A DNA stretch of 64,000 bases from Phycisphaerae bacterium (lineage in GTDB: Bacteria; Planctomycetota; Phycisphaerae; UBA1845; Fen-1342), in NCBI GenBank assembly GCA_963675745.2, contig CAXXWX010000001.1, positions 192,001 to 256,000 on the forward strand, given 5' to 3'. Position 1 is the first letter of the stretch; each line of letters begins with the position of its first letter. The notes under the pieces were generated by a model. The model ran no database searches. It saw only the letters and a list, made by a program, of their open reading frames with translations, and had not been told where the DNA came from. Below, piece by piece: positions 53,567 through 62,454 of the stretch. Made by a program: the position numbers and the translations under genes.

Positions 53567-56422
53567 TCAGCCGCCCAGCAGTTGCACGAACGGGTCGATG
53601 TCGGCGTTGTTGACGCTTTCGTCACCATTGCAGTCCGCGGCCATGATGTTGCAGTCGGGATAGCTGGTGCCATACGTGCCCGGCTGAGTGATGGCGAGCA
53701 CGAACGCGTCGATATCGGCGTTGTTGATGAAACCGTCGCAATTGCAATCGCCGGTGAGCGTCTCTTCGCACTCATCGGGAATGCCGTTGTCGTTGAAATC
53801 GGTCGAGTTGGCCGGCATCAACTGAAGCGACAGCGTCGTGCCTACCGGTGATCCACCAACCACGGCGCCGCCGACATTGTATGACCACAGCACGGCCGAG
53901 CTGCCATCCTCCTGATATCCGACTGTCGCGGAGTAGCCGTCATCGTAGAGCGCGTTGTCAAAATCAGTGTCCAGGTAGAGGAACTGGGCATAGACGTTGG
54001 CGGTCGGTGTTTCGAAGATTTGAACCTGGAAGGTCACTTCGTCACCATCGAGAACCGTGTCTCCCAGATGGTGCGGGCGGTCTTTCCACTCAATGATGAA
54101 AGCCCGTTGCGGCGGATCTCCGACGACGTCCCAGTAGACGTTGCCGGTATCGGCGTCGAGGTCGTCCCAATACGGCAACAAGGCCTGCGCCCCGCCGAAC
54201 GCCAGCCCGCTGGGCAACGGGAAATTGTAGTTGTTGAGATTCAGCGTGCCGCCAAACCCAATCCCGCCGTTGTTGTGTACCTGCGCTGAACTGCTCGCAA
54301 ACACGTTGTTCGTGAAGGGCATGCTGACGCTAGCGCCACTGTCGTCACCGAGGCTGAGCGGCGTGCCGCTGGCGGAGATTTCAACCCAGCCGAGCACCGG
54401 GGCGACGGCGTCCAGTAGCTCCGGCGGGCGCAAGGCGATGTCGCACTCGTCCGGGATGCCGTTCGTGTTGCAGTCCTGGCTGAAGCCGCCACTGATGTCG
54501 TCGGCGTCGGGCAGGCTGTTGCCATTGCAGTCCGTCAATGGGTCGCAAACGTCTCCGATGCCGTCATCATCGCCGTCTTCCTGGTCGGGGTTGTAGTCGA
54601 GGATGCAGTTATCCGCGCCGTCGAGGATCGTATCGTCGTCGGAGTCGTCATCTAGCGGATCACTGTTGTACGTGTTGACTTCGTCGCCGTCGGTAAGGCC
54701 GTCGTCATCCGAGTCTTCGTCGAGCGGCTTGGTGCCGTGCTGCTGCTCCTCGAGATTGGTCAGGCCGTCGGGTTCCTCATCGACGTCGCCGTCGTGGCCG
54801 AGGTCGCCGAACCAGGTCGTTTCCCAATCGTCGTCCAACCCGTCGGCATCAGTATCACCCTCGATCGGCCCCGGCAGAGCCATGGTGTAGTACGCGTCGG
54901 TTGTATTTCCCATCCAGTACTCGAGATTGAATTCGGAAACCTCGATGAAGCGGTACCAGATAGTGCCGTAATGCTCGACGCGAACGATCAGCACGCCGTT
55001 GGCTTGTCCATAGGTGTGAACGATGTCTCCGCCGGGGTTGAAGGGGTTGCGACCGAAATCAACGTAGCCGTTGGCGTCGGCCGTGTAATAGGCATCGACG
55101 GTGTTGTCGAAGAGCTTGCCGTACCAGCCGGACGCGGGCTCGGCGCGATAGACGCGGACGTCGGCGCCGGTGCGCGGCCTGCCAAACGCATCCTCGAAAC
55201 GATAGTGGTTGTTGTCCGGCAGATCCTGAAGATACACGCCGATGTTGGCCGGCGCATTCTGGTTGCCGCCGTAGTTTGTTCCGCCATATCCGCAACAGGC
55301 ACGGTCGTAGGCGATCAACTGGAGCGCGCCGGCTTCGTACGGTGACCAGACGTATCCCCACGGTCCGCTCATCACGCCGCCGCTGCTGTTGTAGCGCAGC
55401 ACCTCGTCGAACGCGATGTATGGCATGTAGGCGCTGCCGCCGACGTAGGTAGCACCTTCCCAGATCTGGACCGAATCAAAGCCGCCGTGATCGGCCGTGT
55501 TGTGTACGTCAAAGCCGTACGAGTCGATCAGGTAACGCGCGTGCCCCAACTCGTGCAGCAGCGACTTCTCGAAGTAGAAGGGGTTGTCATCGCTTACGTT
55601 GCTGACGTCGGCGTAGAAAGTGCTCGGCGGGAGCAGGTCGGTGTTGAACCCCCACATCAGGTCCACTTCCTTGTTGTAGCGATCCGGGTTGTTGCTCGGA
55701 TAGCCGCCGGCCAGCGGCAACGCGTCATCGGGGACCACGACAATCTGGTCGATGCGCACGCGCGTGCCAACACCGCCCGGCGTAACATCCCAGACGGCAT
55801 CCTCGTACATGTCGTTCTGGCGGCTCATGTGGCGTTGAATCCAGTCTTCCCAGGAGTTCGAGCCGACGCCGAGACGCCACTGGTTCTCGTGGAAGTACCG
55901 CCACACCGATTCCTCGACCCAGAATCCGGCCAGGATCGCGTCGGTATAGTCCACGATCGAGTTGTTGCTCTCGCTCAATTCCGGAATCGCGTTTGCGGGA
56001 TCGACAATGAACTCGACCGTGTGCGGGCCGGCCTGCCAGATCCAGTCCAGCGTGACGATCCTGAGCCCCGTCGGCGGATCGTTCGGATCGTAAGGGTCAA
56101 AGTCATAGTCGAATGGCGGGGTAAGCGGCTCAAAGTTGGTGATCGTGCCGGTATCGGCGACGGCACCGTCGATCACCCAGGCGTAGGCGACGCTCGGCAG
56201 CGCGCCGGCGCCGGACTCGTCCCAGAGACGCACGTGCCCGTGGAATGTGACCAGGTTGCCGGTCTGTGGCATGTTGGGCACATCGTCGTAGTCGTAACGC
56301 GGCGTTCGCTCGATGAGCGTGACATTCAAATCGGTGTTGGGCCCGGCATACGCCGGCAGAGCGACAAACGTCACGGCAACGACGGCGCAACACGTGTGAA
56401 ACGCGATCCTGATACGGTTCAT
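53567..56422 (-). CDS. Secreted protein: CARDB-like, HExxH metallopeptidase-like module, TSP3-like Ca-binding repeats, nidogen-like domain, C-terminal dockerin-like domain
   Basis: Signal peptide, ELSESNN, HELGH (55541-55555), DSDDDGLTDG and DNC..NPDQ.D repeats, PYWDDLD, GDCNCDGFINNADID. Confidence 0.82.
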   Translation of the reverse strand: MNRIRIAFHTCCAVVAVTFVALPAYAGPNTDLNVTLIERTPRYDYDDVPNMPQTGNLVTFHGHVRLWDESGAGALPSVAYAWVIDGAVADTGTITNFEPLTPPFDYDFDPYDPNDPPTGLRIVTLDWIWQAGPHTVEFIVDPANAIPELSESNNSIVDYTDAILAGFWVEESVWRYFHENQWRLGVGSNSWEDWIQRHMSRQNDMYEDAVWDVTPGGVGTRVRIDQIVVVPDDALPLAGGYPSNNPDRYNKEVDLMWGFNTDLLPPSTFYADVSNVSDDNPFYFEKSLLHELGHARYLIDSYGFDVHNTADHGGFDSVQIWEGATYVGGSAYMPYIAFDEVLRYNSSGGVMSGPWGYVWSPYEAGALQLIAYDRACCGYGGTNYGGNQNAPANIGVYLQDLPDNNHYRFEDAFGRPRTGADVRVYRAEPASGWYGKLFDNTVDAYYTADANGYVDFGRNPFNPGGDIVHTYGQANGVLIVRVEHYGTIWYRFIEVSEFNLEYWMGNTTDAYYTMALPGPIEGDTDADGLDDDWETTWFGDLGHDGDVDEEPDGLTNLEEQQHGTKPLDEDSDDDGLTDGDEVNTYNSDPLDDDSDDDTILDGADNCILDYNPDQEDGDDDGIGDVCDPLTDCNGNSLPDADDISGGFSQDCNTNGIPDECDIALRPPELLDAVAPVLGWVEISASGTPLSLGDDSGASVSMPFTNNVFASSSAQVHNNGGIGFGGTLNLNNYNFPLPSGLAFGGAQALLPYWDDLDADTGNVYWDVVGDPPQRAFIIEWKDRPHHLGDTVLDGDEVTFQVQIFETPTANVYAQFLYLDTDFDNALYDDGYSATVGYQEDGSSAVLWSYNVGGAVVGGSPVGTTLSLQLMPANSTDFNDNGIPDECEETLTGDCNCDGFINNADIDAFVLAITQPGTYGTSYPDCNIMAADCNGDESVNNADIDPFVQLLGG

Positions 56423-56605
56423 TGCAATACCCTCGCAATCCCATCCGCTGGATTCCATTGATCCAGTATAGCCAACCCCGGTCCCCAGCGGGCGCAACCA
56501 ACCAGGAATTCTTGCATGTCGGCACCGCCGAGCGCCCCCGCGCCTGACGATCGCCCGAGCCCACGTCGCCAACCCGCACCGGAGAATCGGCACCTCCTGC
56601 CGGCC

Positions 56606-56685
56606 CGCAGGTTGGTAGGGCGCTTTGATGCACCGATTCCATCCGCAGAGCACGAATGGTGCGGCGAGCCACACTACACCTGCAC
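56606..56685 (+). repeat. GTAG-type REP-like element, direct-repeat copy 1
   Basis: Similar to 58479-58557. The 22-nt core cgaatggtgcggcgagccacac is identical (56653-56674 and 58529-58550). Confidence 0.8.
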
Positions 56686-56836
56686 CCGCCTCGAATCCAC
56701 CGTTTACGCCACGCACCCGGGTTCCACCTCCTCCCTCTCGAGGGAATCTCTTGTGTCATGCGGCGTCGGGCGCGATAATTAGATACCTGAAGGATCTACC
56801 TGATCTGGACGCGGCACTTCTGAAGGAGGGACACAC

Positions 56837-58051
56837 ATGCTTCCACGACACATCACCGTTGCCTTAACGCTGGTTCTAATCGTCGGTAGCCAGGCACAGG
56901 CCCAGGATCGTTATCCGCGGCGATGCGACCTGAACTGCGATGGTCTGCTCAACAACGGCGACATCGATGCATTCGCGCTGGCCATCACGTACCCGGGGCA
57001 GTACCTGTATGACTACCCCGACTGCGACATTAGCTTGGCCGACACAAACTGCGATGGCGCGGTCAACAACGGTGACATCGACGGCTTTGTGGCGGGACTG
57101 GGCGGCGGAAGCATTCCGGCGTGTCCAGGGGACATGGTGCTCGTCCCCGCCGGCGAGTTCGAGATGGGCGACAGCTTCGGCGAGGGATACTCCTATGAAC
57201 TCCCCGTCCACGACGTGTATCTCGACGCGTACTACATCGACACGTACGAGGTCACGAACGAGCAATACGCCGACGCGCTCAACTGGGCCTGGGACCAGGG
57301 TGGGCTGATTCATGTCAGCGGCGGCGTGGTGCTCAAGTACGGCGGCACAACCTATGGTTATTGTGATACCACGACCAGCTCGTCACACAGCCGCATCGAG
57401 TGGGACGGCGACATCTTCACGGTCACCCCAGGCAAGGAAGACCACCCGATGGCCAACGTAAGTTGGTACGGCGCGGTGGCCTTCAGCAACTGGCGCAGTG
57501 GCATGGAAGGGCGCACGGCGTGTTACGATCTGGCGACGTGGACGTGCAACTTCGACGCCGACGGCTACCGGTTGCCGACGGAGGCCGAGTGGGAGAAGGC
57601 AGCCGGCTGGGATCCGGTCCTGGAGCGGCATTTCCGCTTCGGCGAGCACACCGACGGCTGCGGATATAATTGCCTGGACGGCCATCGGGCCAACTACTGG
57701 GAGAGCGGACATCCGTACGAGAACGGTGCTTACCCGTGGACGACGCCGGTAGGCTACTACGACGGCCGCAACCATGGTGGGTACCAGACCGAGGATGCGC
57801 AGAGCTACTATGGCTGCCGCGACATGAGCGGTAACGTATGGGAGTGGTGCCACGACTGGTACGACTCAGGGTACTACAGCTCCAGCCCGTACCATAACCC
57901 GACGGGGCCCGCCTCGGGAACATACCGTGTTTTGCGCGGCGGCAGCTGGAACAGCAATCCGAGCCCCTGCCGCGCGGCGTATCGCGGCAGGGTCGACCCA
58001 CACCCCCGCCTCAACAACTACGGGTTTCGTTGCGTGCCGGGGACTCAGTAA
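56837..58051 (+). CDS. Secreted protein with an N-terminal dockerin-like domain and an FGE-sulfatase (C-type lectin fold) domain; putative DGR target
   Basis: Signal peptide, CDLNCDGLLNNGDID, MVLVPAGEFEMG, YEVTN, RLPTEAEWEKAA, DMSGNVWEWC, RVLRGGSW...GFRC at the extreme C-terminus. Confidence 0.9.
   Translation: MLPRHITVALTLVLIVGSQAQAQDRYPRRCDLNCDGLLNNGDIDAFALAITYPGQYLYDYPDCDISLADTNCDGAVNNGDIDGFVAGLGGGSIPACPGDMVLVPAGEFEMGDSFGEGYSYELPVHDVYLDAYYIDTYEVTNEQYADALNWAWDQGGLIHVSGGVVLKYGGTTYGYCDTTTSSSHSRIEWDGDIFTVTPGKEDHPMANVSWYGAVAFSNWRSGMEGRTACYDLATWTCNFDADGYRLPTEAEWEKAAGWDPVLERHFRFGEHTDGCGYNCLDGHRANYWESGHPYENGAYPWTTPVGYYDGRNHGGYQTEDAQSYYGCRDMSGNVWEWCHDWYDSGYYSSSPYHNPTGPASGTYRVLRGGSWNSNPSPCRAAYRGRVDPHPRLNNYGFRCVPGTQ
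57923..58051 (+). other. Putative DGR variable region (VR)
   Basis: Invariant scaffold codons (RGGSW, CRAA.R, GFR) interleaved with 15 NNC/NNT codons that could derive from AAY template codons. Confidence 0.7.
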
Positions 58052-58087
58052 CTGCTTGTGGCTTTACTGCTTTCTTTTTTCAATCTA

Positions 58088-58115
58088 GCGCGGCCCGAGG
58101 CCCGAAGGGCCGCGC
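58088..58115 (+). promoter_or_regulatory. GC-rich hairpin downstream of the VR (candidate DGR homing cis-element)
   Basis: GCGCGGCCC-N10-GGGCCGCGC, or alternatively GGCCC-GAA-GGGCC. The T-rich tract lies before it, not after. Confidence 0.65.
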
Positions 58116-58126
58116 AGCGCGCGAGA

Positions 58127-58198
58127 ATGGCCAACGACGAGTTGCTGGTTATCGAGCGGACGTATCAACTGCTGAAGTGGTTTCTGGAAAGACTGGGT
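58127..58198 (+). pseudogene. avd: Truncated avd (DGR accessory variability determinant), 5' fragment
   Basis: MANDELLVIERTYQLLKWFLERLG resembles the first helix of Avd proteins as I recall them. Similarity stops before the expected FP..R..LG..I segment. Confidence 0.7.
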
Positions 58199-58238
58199 TT
58201 GTCACAGCATCGCGGGGTCAAGTCTGCTGGCCATCTCC

Positions 58239-58432
58239 GCCCCGGAGGGGCAGCGGTCAGTAGCCGGGGGCGCCAGCCCCCGGTTAGCGCACCAACACGA
58301 TCGAGCCCCGGCGGGGCGCCGGTTGTGGGCGCCATAAGGCGGTTACCGTCGCCCCGCCGGGGCTCGATCACACATCGGCACACTGGCCGGGGGCTGCGCC
58401 CCCGGCTACTAACCAGCGCCCCTACCGGGGCT
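58239..58432. repeat. Nested palindromic REP/MITE-like element
   Basis: Outer imperfect IR 58239-58288 / 58383-58432. Inner perfect 20-bp IR 58299-58318 / 58350-58369. Confidence 0.85.
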
Positions 58433-58478
58433 CATCCGTCTGGTGGCCTCGAATGGCGCTCGCTCCAACGCCAATGCA

Positions 58479-58557
58479 CGCAGATTGGTAGGCGTACGTC
58501 TTGACGCACCGATTTCATCCATTGAGCGCGAATGGTGCGGCGAGCCACACCCTGCAC
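58479..58557 (+). repeat. GTAG-type REP-like element, direct-repeat copy 2
   Basis: ttggtaggcgtacgtcttgacgcaccg...aatggtgcggcgagccacaccctgcac. Confidence 0.8.
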
Positions 58558-58715
58558 GTACCGAACTTCGCCTCGTCTGCCCGGCGCCAGGCCCTGCTCG
58601 TGGACGGCTCCGCGGCGCCCCGCCCTTGACATGCACGCCTGTCGCCGTAACTCTACGAATCTGCGCTGCCCCTGGGAATGCGGCAGGCATACGTCGGCAT
58701 ATTGAGGCTTGGCTA

Positions 58716-59843
58716 ATGGGGTATGCGTACACACCCGGCTTGTCGGTCGCGGAAAACACTATTATCCGCAAGGTGCGAAGGCTGCCGCTCAAGGGACAGG
58801 TGCTGGTTAAGGTCGGTGATGAGGTTAACGCCGAGGACGTCGTCGCCCAAACCGAGCTGCCCGGCGAGGTTCGGCCGATAAACGTGGTCGGCAAGCTCGG
58901 CTGCGCGCCCGAGGAGTTGGTTGAGATCGTCCTCAAGAAGGAAGGCGACTCGGTAGCCGAAAACGAGGCGTTCGTCCGCACCAAGGGCTTTTTCGGGCTG
59001 TTCAGGAGCGAGGTGCGCTCGCCAATTGCCGGCAAGATCGAATCCATCTCGCACGTCACCGGCCAGGTGATCATCCGCGGCGCGCCGATCCTGCTCCAGA
59101 AGACGGCGTATGCGCGCGGCAAGGTGGTCGAGACGCACGAGGCCGAATCCGCCACGGTCGAGGTCAGCGGGACGTTCATCCAGGGAATCTTCGGCATCGG
59201 TGGCGAGACCTGGGGCGAAGTGGTTATGGCGGTCGATTCACCGGACGACGTGCTCGATGCCAAGCACATCACCGACGCCCATGCCGGCAAGATCATCGTG
59301 GGCGGCTGCCTGGTGACCGCATCGGCCGTCAAGCAGGCAATCAAGGTCGGGGTCAGCGGGATAGTGTGTGGCGGCCTGAATGACGCCGATTTGCGCGATT
59401 TTCTCGGATACGAGCTGGGAGTGGCGATCACTGGTGAGGAGAAGCTCGGCGTCACCGTCATGATTACGGAGGGCTTCGGCAAGATCGGGATGGCCAGGGC
59501 TACTTTTGATCTGCTCAAGAAGCGCGCCGGGCTGCTGGCCAGCATCAACGGCGCCACGCAGATTCGCGCCGGCGTGATTCGCCCCGAGCTGATCATCCCG
59601 CTCGATGAGAAAGCGGAAGTGACCGGCGCGGAAGATGATGAGATGGGCAGCGTGCTTCAGGTCGGCACGCCGCTGCGCGCCATCCGTGACCCGTTCTTCG
59701 GGCGCATCGGCAAGTGCGTGGCCCTGCCGGTCGAGTTGGAGCGGCTTTCGAGCGAAACCAAGGTGCGCGTGCTCGAAGTTGAGTTTGACGACGGCCAGCG
59801 GGCAACCATACCGCGTGCCAACGTGGAGTTGATCAAGAACTAG
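58716..59843 (+). CDS. Conserved hypothetical protein (barrel-sandwich N-terminus; family often found next to GlmL/MutL-type genes)
   Basis: MGYAYTPGL..RRLPLKG.VLV..GD.V, GVAITG.E, LTEGFG-like ITEGFG, PRANVELI. Confidence 0.7.
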   Translation: MGYAYTPGLSVAENTIIRKVRRLPLKGQVLVKVGDEVNAEDVVAQTELPGEVRPINVVGKLGCAPEELVEIVLKKEGDSVAENEAFVRTKGFFGLFRSEVRSPIAGKIESISHVTGQVIIRGAPILLQKTAYARGKVVETHEAESATVEVSGTFIQGIFGIGGETWGEVVMAVDSPDDVLDAKHITDAHAGKIIVGGCLVTASAVKQAIKVGVSGIVCGGLNDADLRDFLGYELGVAITGEEKLGVTVMITEGFGKIGMARATFDLLKKRAGLLASINGATQIRAGVIRPELIIPLDEKAEVTGAEDDEMGSVLQVGTPLRAIRDPFFGRIGKCVALPVELERLSSETKVRVLEVEFDDGQRATIPRANVELIKN

Positions 59844-59887
59844 CCGCGGTCGCCGGCCTGGAAGCCGGCGCGGCGCCGATAACAGGG

Positions 59888-60100
59888 ATGAACGCGATGC
59901 CAAGGCTCATGAAGTATCGCAAAATGTTGTATCAACTCAGCACCGGCGGAGTCTGCTTCGGCATGCTCGGCGCGTGGGAGTTGGTCGATTTTGGGTCCGT
60001 GTTTACACAGGTCATCGTCTCGCTGATCAGCCTTCTAATCAGCGCCTTCTTTGGGCAGTCGCTGGCGGACTTGTTCTACCAGCAGGCACTCGCTGGTTGA
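59888..60100 (+). CDS. Small hypothetical membrane protein
   Basis: 70-aa ORF with two hydrophobic segments, filling the gap in a same-strand run. Confidence 0.5.
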   Translation: MNAMPRLMKYRKMLYQLSTGGVCFGMLGAWELVDFGSVFTQVIVSLISLLISAFFGQSLADLFYQQALAG

Positions 60101-60240
60101 GAAAGCTCTTGCGGCTTCATGATCGCCCCGGTTGGGCGCGGCGCACACGGCGCCCGGTCGGCACGGCGCGGACCATGCAGATTTAATCCTGGCGATCGCC
60201 CACAACCGCGGTGCACGCCACGCAAACGGAGATTTTCCAA

Positions 60241-61680
60241 ATGGAGCAACCCGGACTGTCCGAGGCCCTGCACGATCCGGAGCTGATGGACGCGGCCGAT
60301 GAAAAGGCCCAGAAGCTGCTCGACGAGCTCAAGAAAGAAGCCAAGGTTGAAATCAAGGACATCGGCACGCTGCGCAAGGAGCTGCGCGTCACTGTGCCGG
60401 AAAAGGTGATTGCCGACCACGTTGACCACAACTACGAGGAATTGAGGCACGATGCCATGGTGCCCGGTTTCCGCAAGGGACATGCCCCGCGCCGGTTGAT
60501 CGAGAAACGCTTCGGCTCGGACGTGCGCAGCTCGCTGAAGACGGCCATCGTCGGGCAATCCTACTTCGCCGCCCTGGAAAACAACGAGCTCGAGGTGCTC
60601 GGCGACCCGCTGTTCTCCATTCAGACCGACGATGAGGTCAAGCTGATGGAGATCGGCGAGGCGCTCCAGCACTTTGAGCTGCCCGAGTCGGGTGATTTCA
60701 CCTACACGTGTGAGATTGAGATCAAGCCGACATTCGAGCTGCCGGAACTCAAGGGCATCAAGATCAAGACCCCTGTGGTGGAGATCACCGATGCCCAGAT
60801 TGACGAGCAGCTCGAACGGCAACGCAAGCTGCGCGGCCGCCTTGAACCAGTGAGCGAACCCGCGCAGGCGGATGACGTGCTGGTCGCCGACATCGCCCTG
60901 ACCGTCGCGGGCGAACAGGTCAAGAGCGAGGAAAACACCCAGGTAGCCGTGCGGGCGACGCGTCTTGATTCAGTTCCGCTCGAGAAGCTCGGTGAAGAGC
61001 TGGCCGGCGTGGAGATCGGACAGTCGCGGACCGTGGATTGCACGCTTCCCGACGACTATGAACGGGCCGATCTGCGCGGCAAGGCCGGTCAATTCAAGTT
61101 CACCGTACATGAAATCAAACGCCTGCGTCCGGCCGAGGTCCAGCAGATCGTGGAGCAGTTCGGCTGCGATTCGGAGGCGCAACTGCGCGGCTTTATTCGC
61201 GACGATCTCGAAGCGGAGAAGGAAGAGACCCTCCAACGCGAGAAACGCACGCAGGTTTACGACTATCTCCTCGACAAGTGCAAGCTGGAGCTGCCAGAGA
61301 AGCTCTCGGCTCGGCAGACCGATCGGGCCGTCGTGCGTCGCGTGCTCGAGCTGCGCCAGGCCGGCATCCCCGAGAGCGACATCGAGGCGCACATCGACGA
61401 ACTGCGCACCTCCGCCCGCGAGCAAGTGGCGCGCGATTTGCGGCTCAGCTTCATTCTCGAAAAGGTCGCCGAGCAGCTCGGCGTGGACGTGACCGACGAA
61501 GAGGTCAATACGGATATCGCGCAGATGGCGCGGCGATACAACCGCCGGTTTGACCGCATCCGTGATGATCTGCAGAAGGCGGGCATGCTGAGTCAGCTCG
61601 CCGAGCAGATCCGCCAGAACAAGTGCGTGGCGCAGTTGCTGGAGGACGCTGACATCACCGGCGAAGAGGCGGATAAGTAA
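60241..61680 (+). CDS. tig: Trigger factor
   Basis: Ribosome-binding motif VPGFRKGHAP, FKBP-like middle domain, upstream of clpP. Start is uncertain. Confidence 0.93.
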   Translation: MEQPGLSEALHDPELMDAADEKAQKLLDELKKEAKVEIKDIGTLRKELRVTVPEKVIADHVDHNYEELRHDAMVPGFRKGHAPRRLIEKRFGSDVRSSLKTAIVGQSYFAALENNELEVLGDPLFSIQTDDEVKLMEIGEALQHFELPESGDFTYTCEIEIKPTFELPELKGIKIKTPVVEITDAQIDEQLERQRKLRGRLEPVSEPAQADDVLVADIALTVAGEQVKSEENTQVAVRATRLDSVPLEKLGEELAGVEIGQSRTVDCTLPDDYERADLRGKAGQFKFTVHEIKRLRPAEVQQIVEQFGCDSEAQLRGFIRDDLEAEKEETLQREKRTQVYDYLLDKCKLELPEKLSARQTDRAVVRRVLELRQAGIPESDIEAHIDELRTSAREQVARDLRLSFILEKVAEQLGVDVTDEEVNTDIAQMARRYNRRFDRIRDDLQKAGMLSQLAEQIRQNKCVAQLLEDADITGEEADK

Positions 61681-61802
61681 GACGCCCTCGATGGCCGATA
61701 TTGTTGAGCGTACAGACAGCCATCAGCCCGGCGGAAAAGGCGGGGCCACCCGCCGGTACCGGTTGCGGCGGCCGTGTGCAAAATCGCAAGCAAGGAGAAC
61801 CG

Positions 61803-62441
61803 ATGCCGATGTGGCCTGACTACGAGCGTCCGCGAGCCCAGAGCGGAGGCCCTCAGCAGTGGCGACAGATGGGCCTCAACGAGATGCTCCTGGACAACAG
61901 GATCATCTTCCTCGACATGCCGCTCGATCCACGCATTACGATCAACGGCAACACGGTTTGCTCGCACATCATCAAGAGCATGCTCTATCTGCAATCCGTC
62001 AAACGCGACGCCGACATCCATCTGTACATCAATTGTCCCGGCGGCGACATCGACGACACGCTGGCAATCTTTGACACGATGCAGTTCCTGAAATGCGACG
62101 TGGCCACCTACTGCGTCGGAGCCGCCAGCAGCGGGGCCGCCGTGATTCTCGCGGCCGGCACGAAGGGCAAGCGTTTCGCACTGCCGCACGCCAACGTCAT
62201 GATCCATCAGCCCTGGGGCATGCTCGGCGGCCAGGCGTCGGATATGCGCATCCAGGCCCAGGAGATTCTCAAGGTCAAGGAAACTCTGATCGGGATCCTC
62301 TCAGACGCCACCGGCAAGCCGCGCGAGCAGATCGAGCGCGACACCGAACGCGACCGCTACATGGGCGCCGCGGAGGCCAAGGAGTACGGGTTGATCGACG
62401 AGGTTCTGGCAGAACCGCAGGCCGCTAACAAGCAGAAATAA
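61803..62441 (+). CDS. clpP: ATP-dependent Clp protease proteolytic subunit (paralog 1)
   Basis: LYINCPGG, GAASSGA, IHQP, TERDRYM..EAKEYGLID. Confidence 0.93.
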   Translation: MPMWPDYERPRAQSGGPQQWRQMGLNEMLLDNRIIFLDMPLDPRITINGNTVCSHIIKSMLYLQSVKRDADIHLYINCPGGDIDDTLAIFDTMQFLKCDVATYCVGAASSGAAVILAAGTKGKRFALPHANVMIHQPWGMLGGQASDMRIQAQEILKVKETLIGILSDATGKPREQIERDTERDRYMGAAEAKEYGLIDEVLAEPQAANKQK

Positions 62442-62454
62442 CGAGGACGCGTCT

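Noticed and set aside
56837..58051. Catalytic formylglycine-generating enzyme
   Set aside because: The RGGSW region lacks the FGE Cys pair (RGGSFLC....C), and no sulfatase is adjacent. A binding CLec-fold role is more likely.
58088..58115. Rho-independent terminator of the CLec gene
   Set aside because: The T-tract precedes rather than follows the hairpin on the + strand.
58058..58504. 148-aa ORF as a real gene
   Set aside because: Only 24 codons look protein-like (the avd stub). The rest reads through a hairpin and palindromic repeats.
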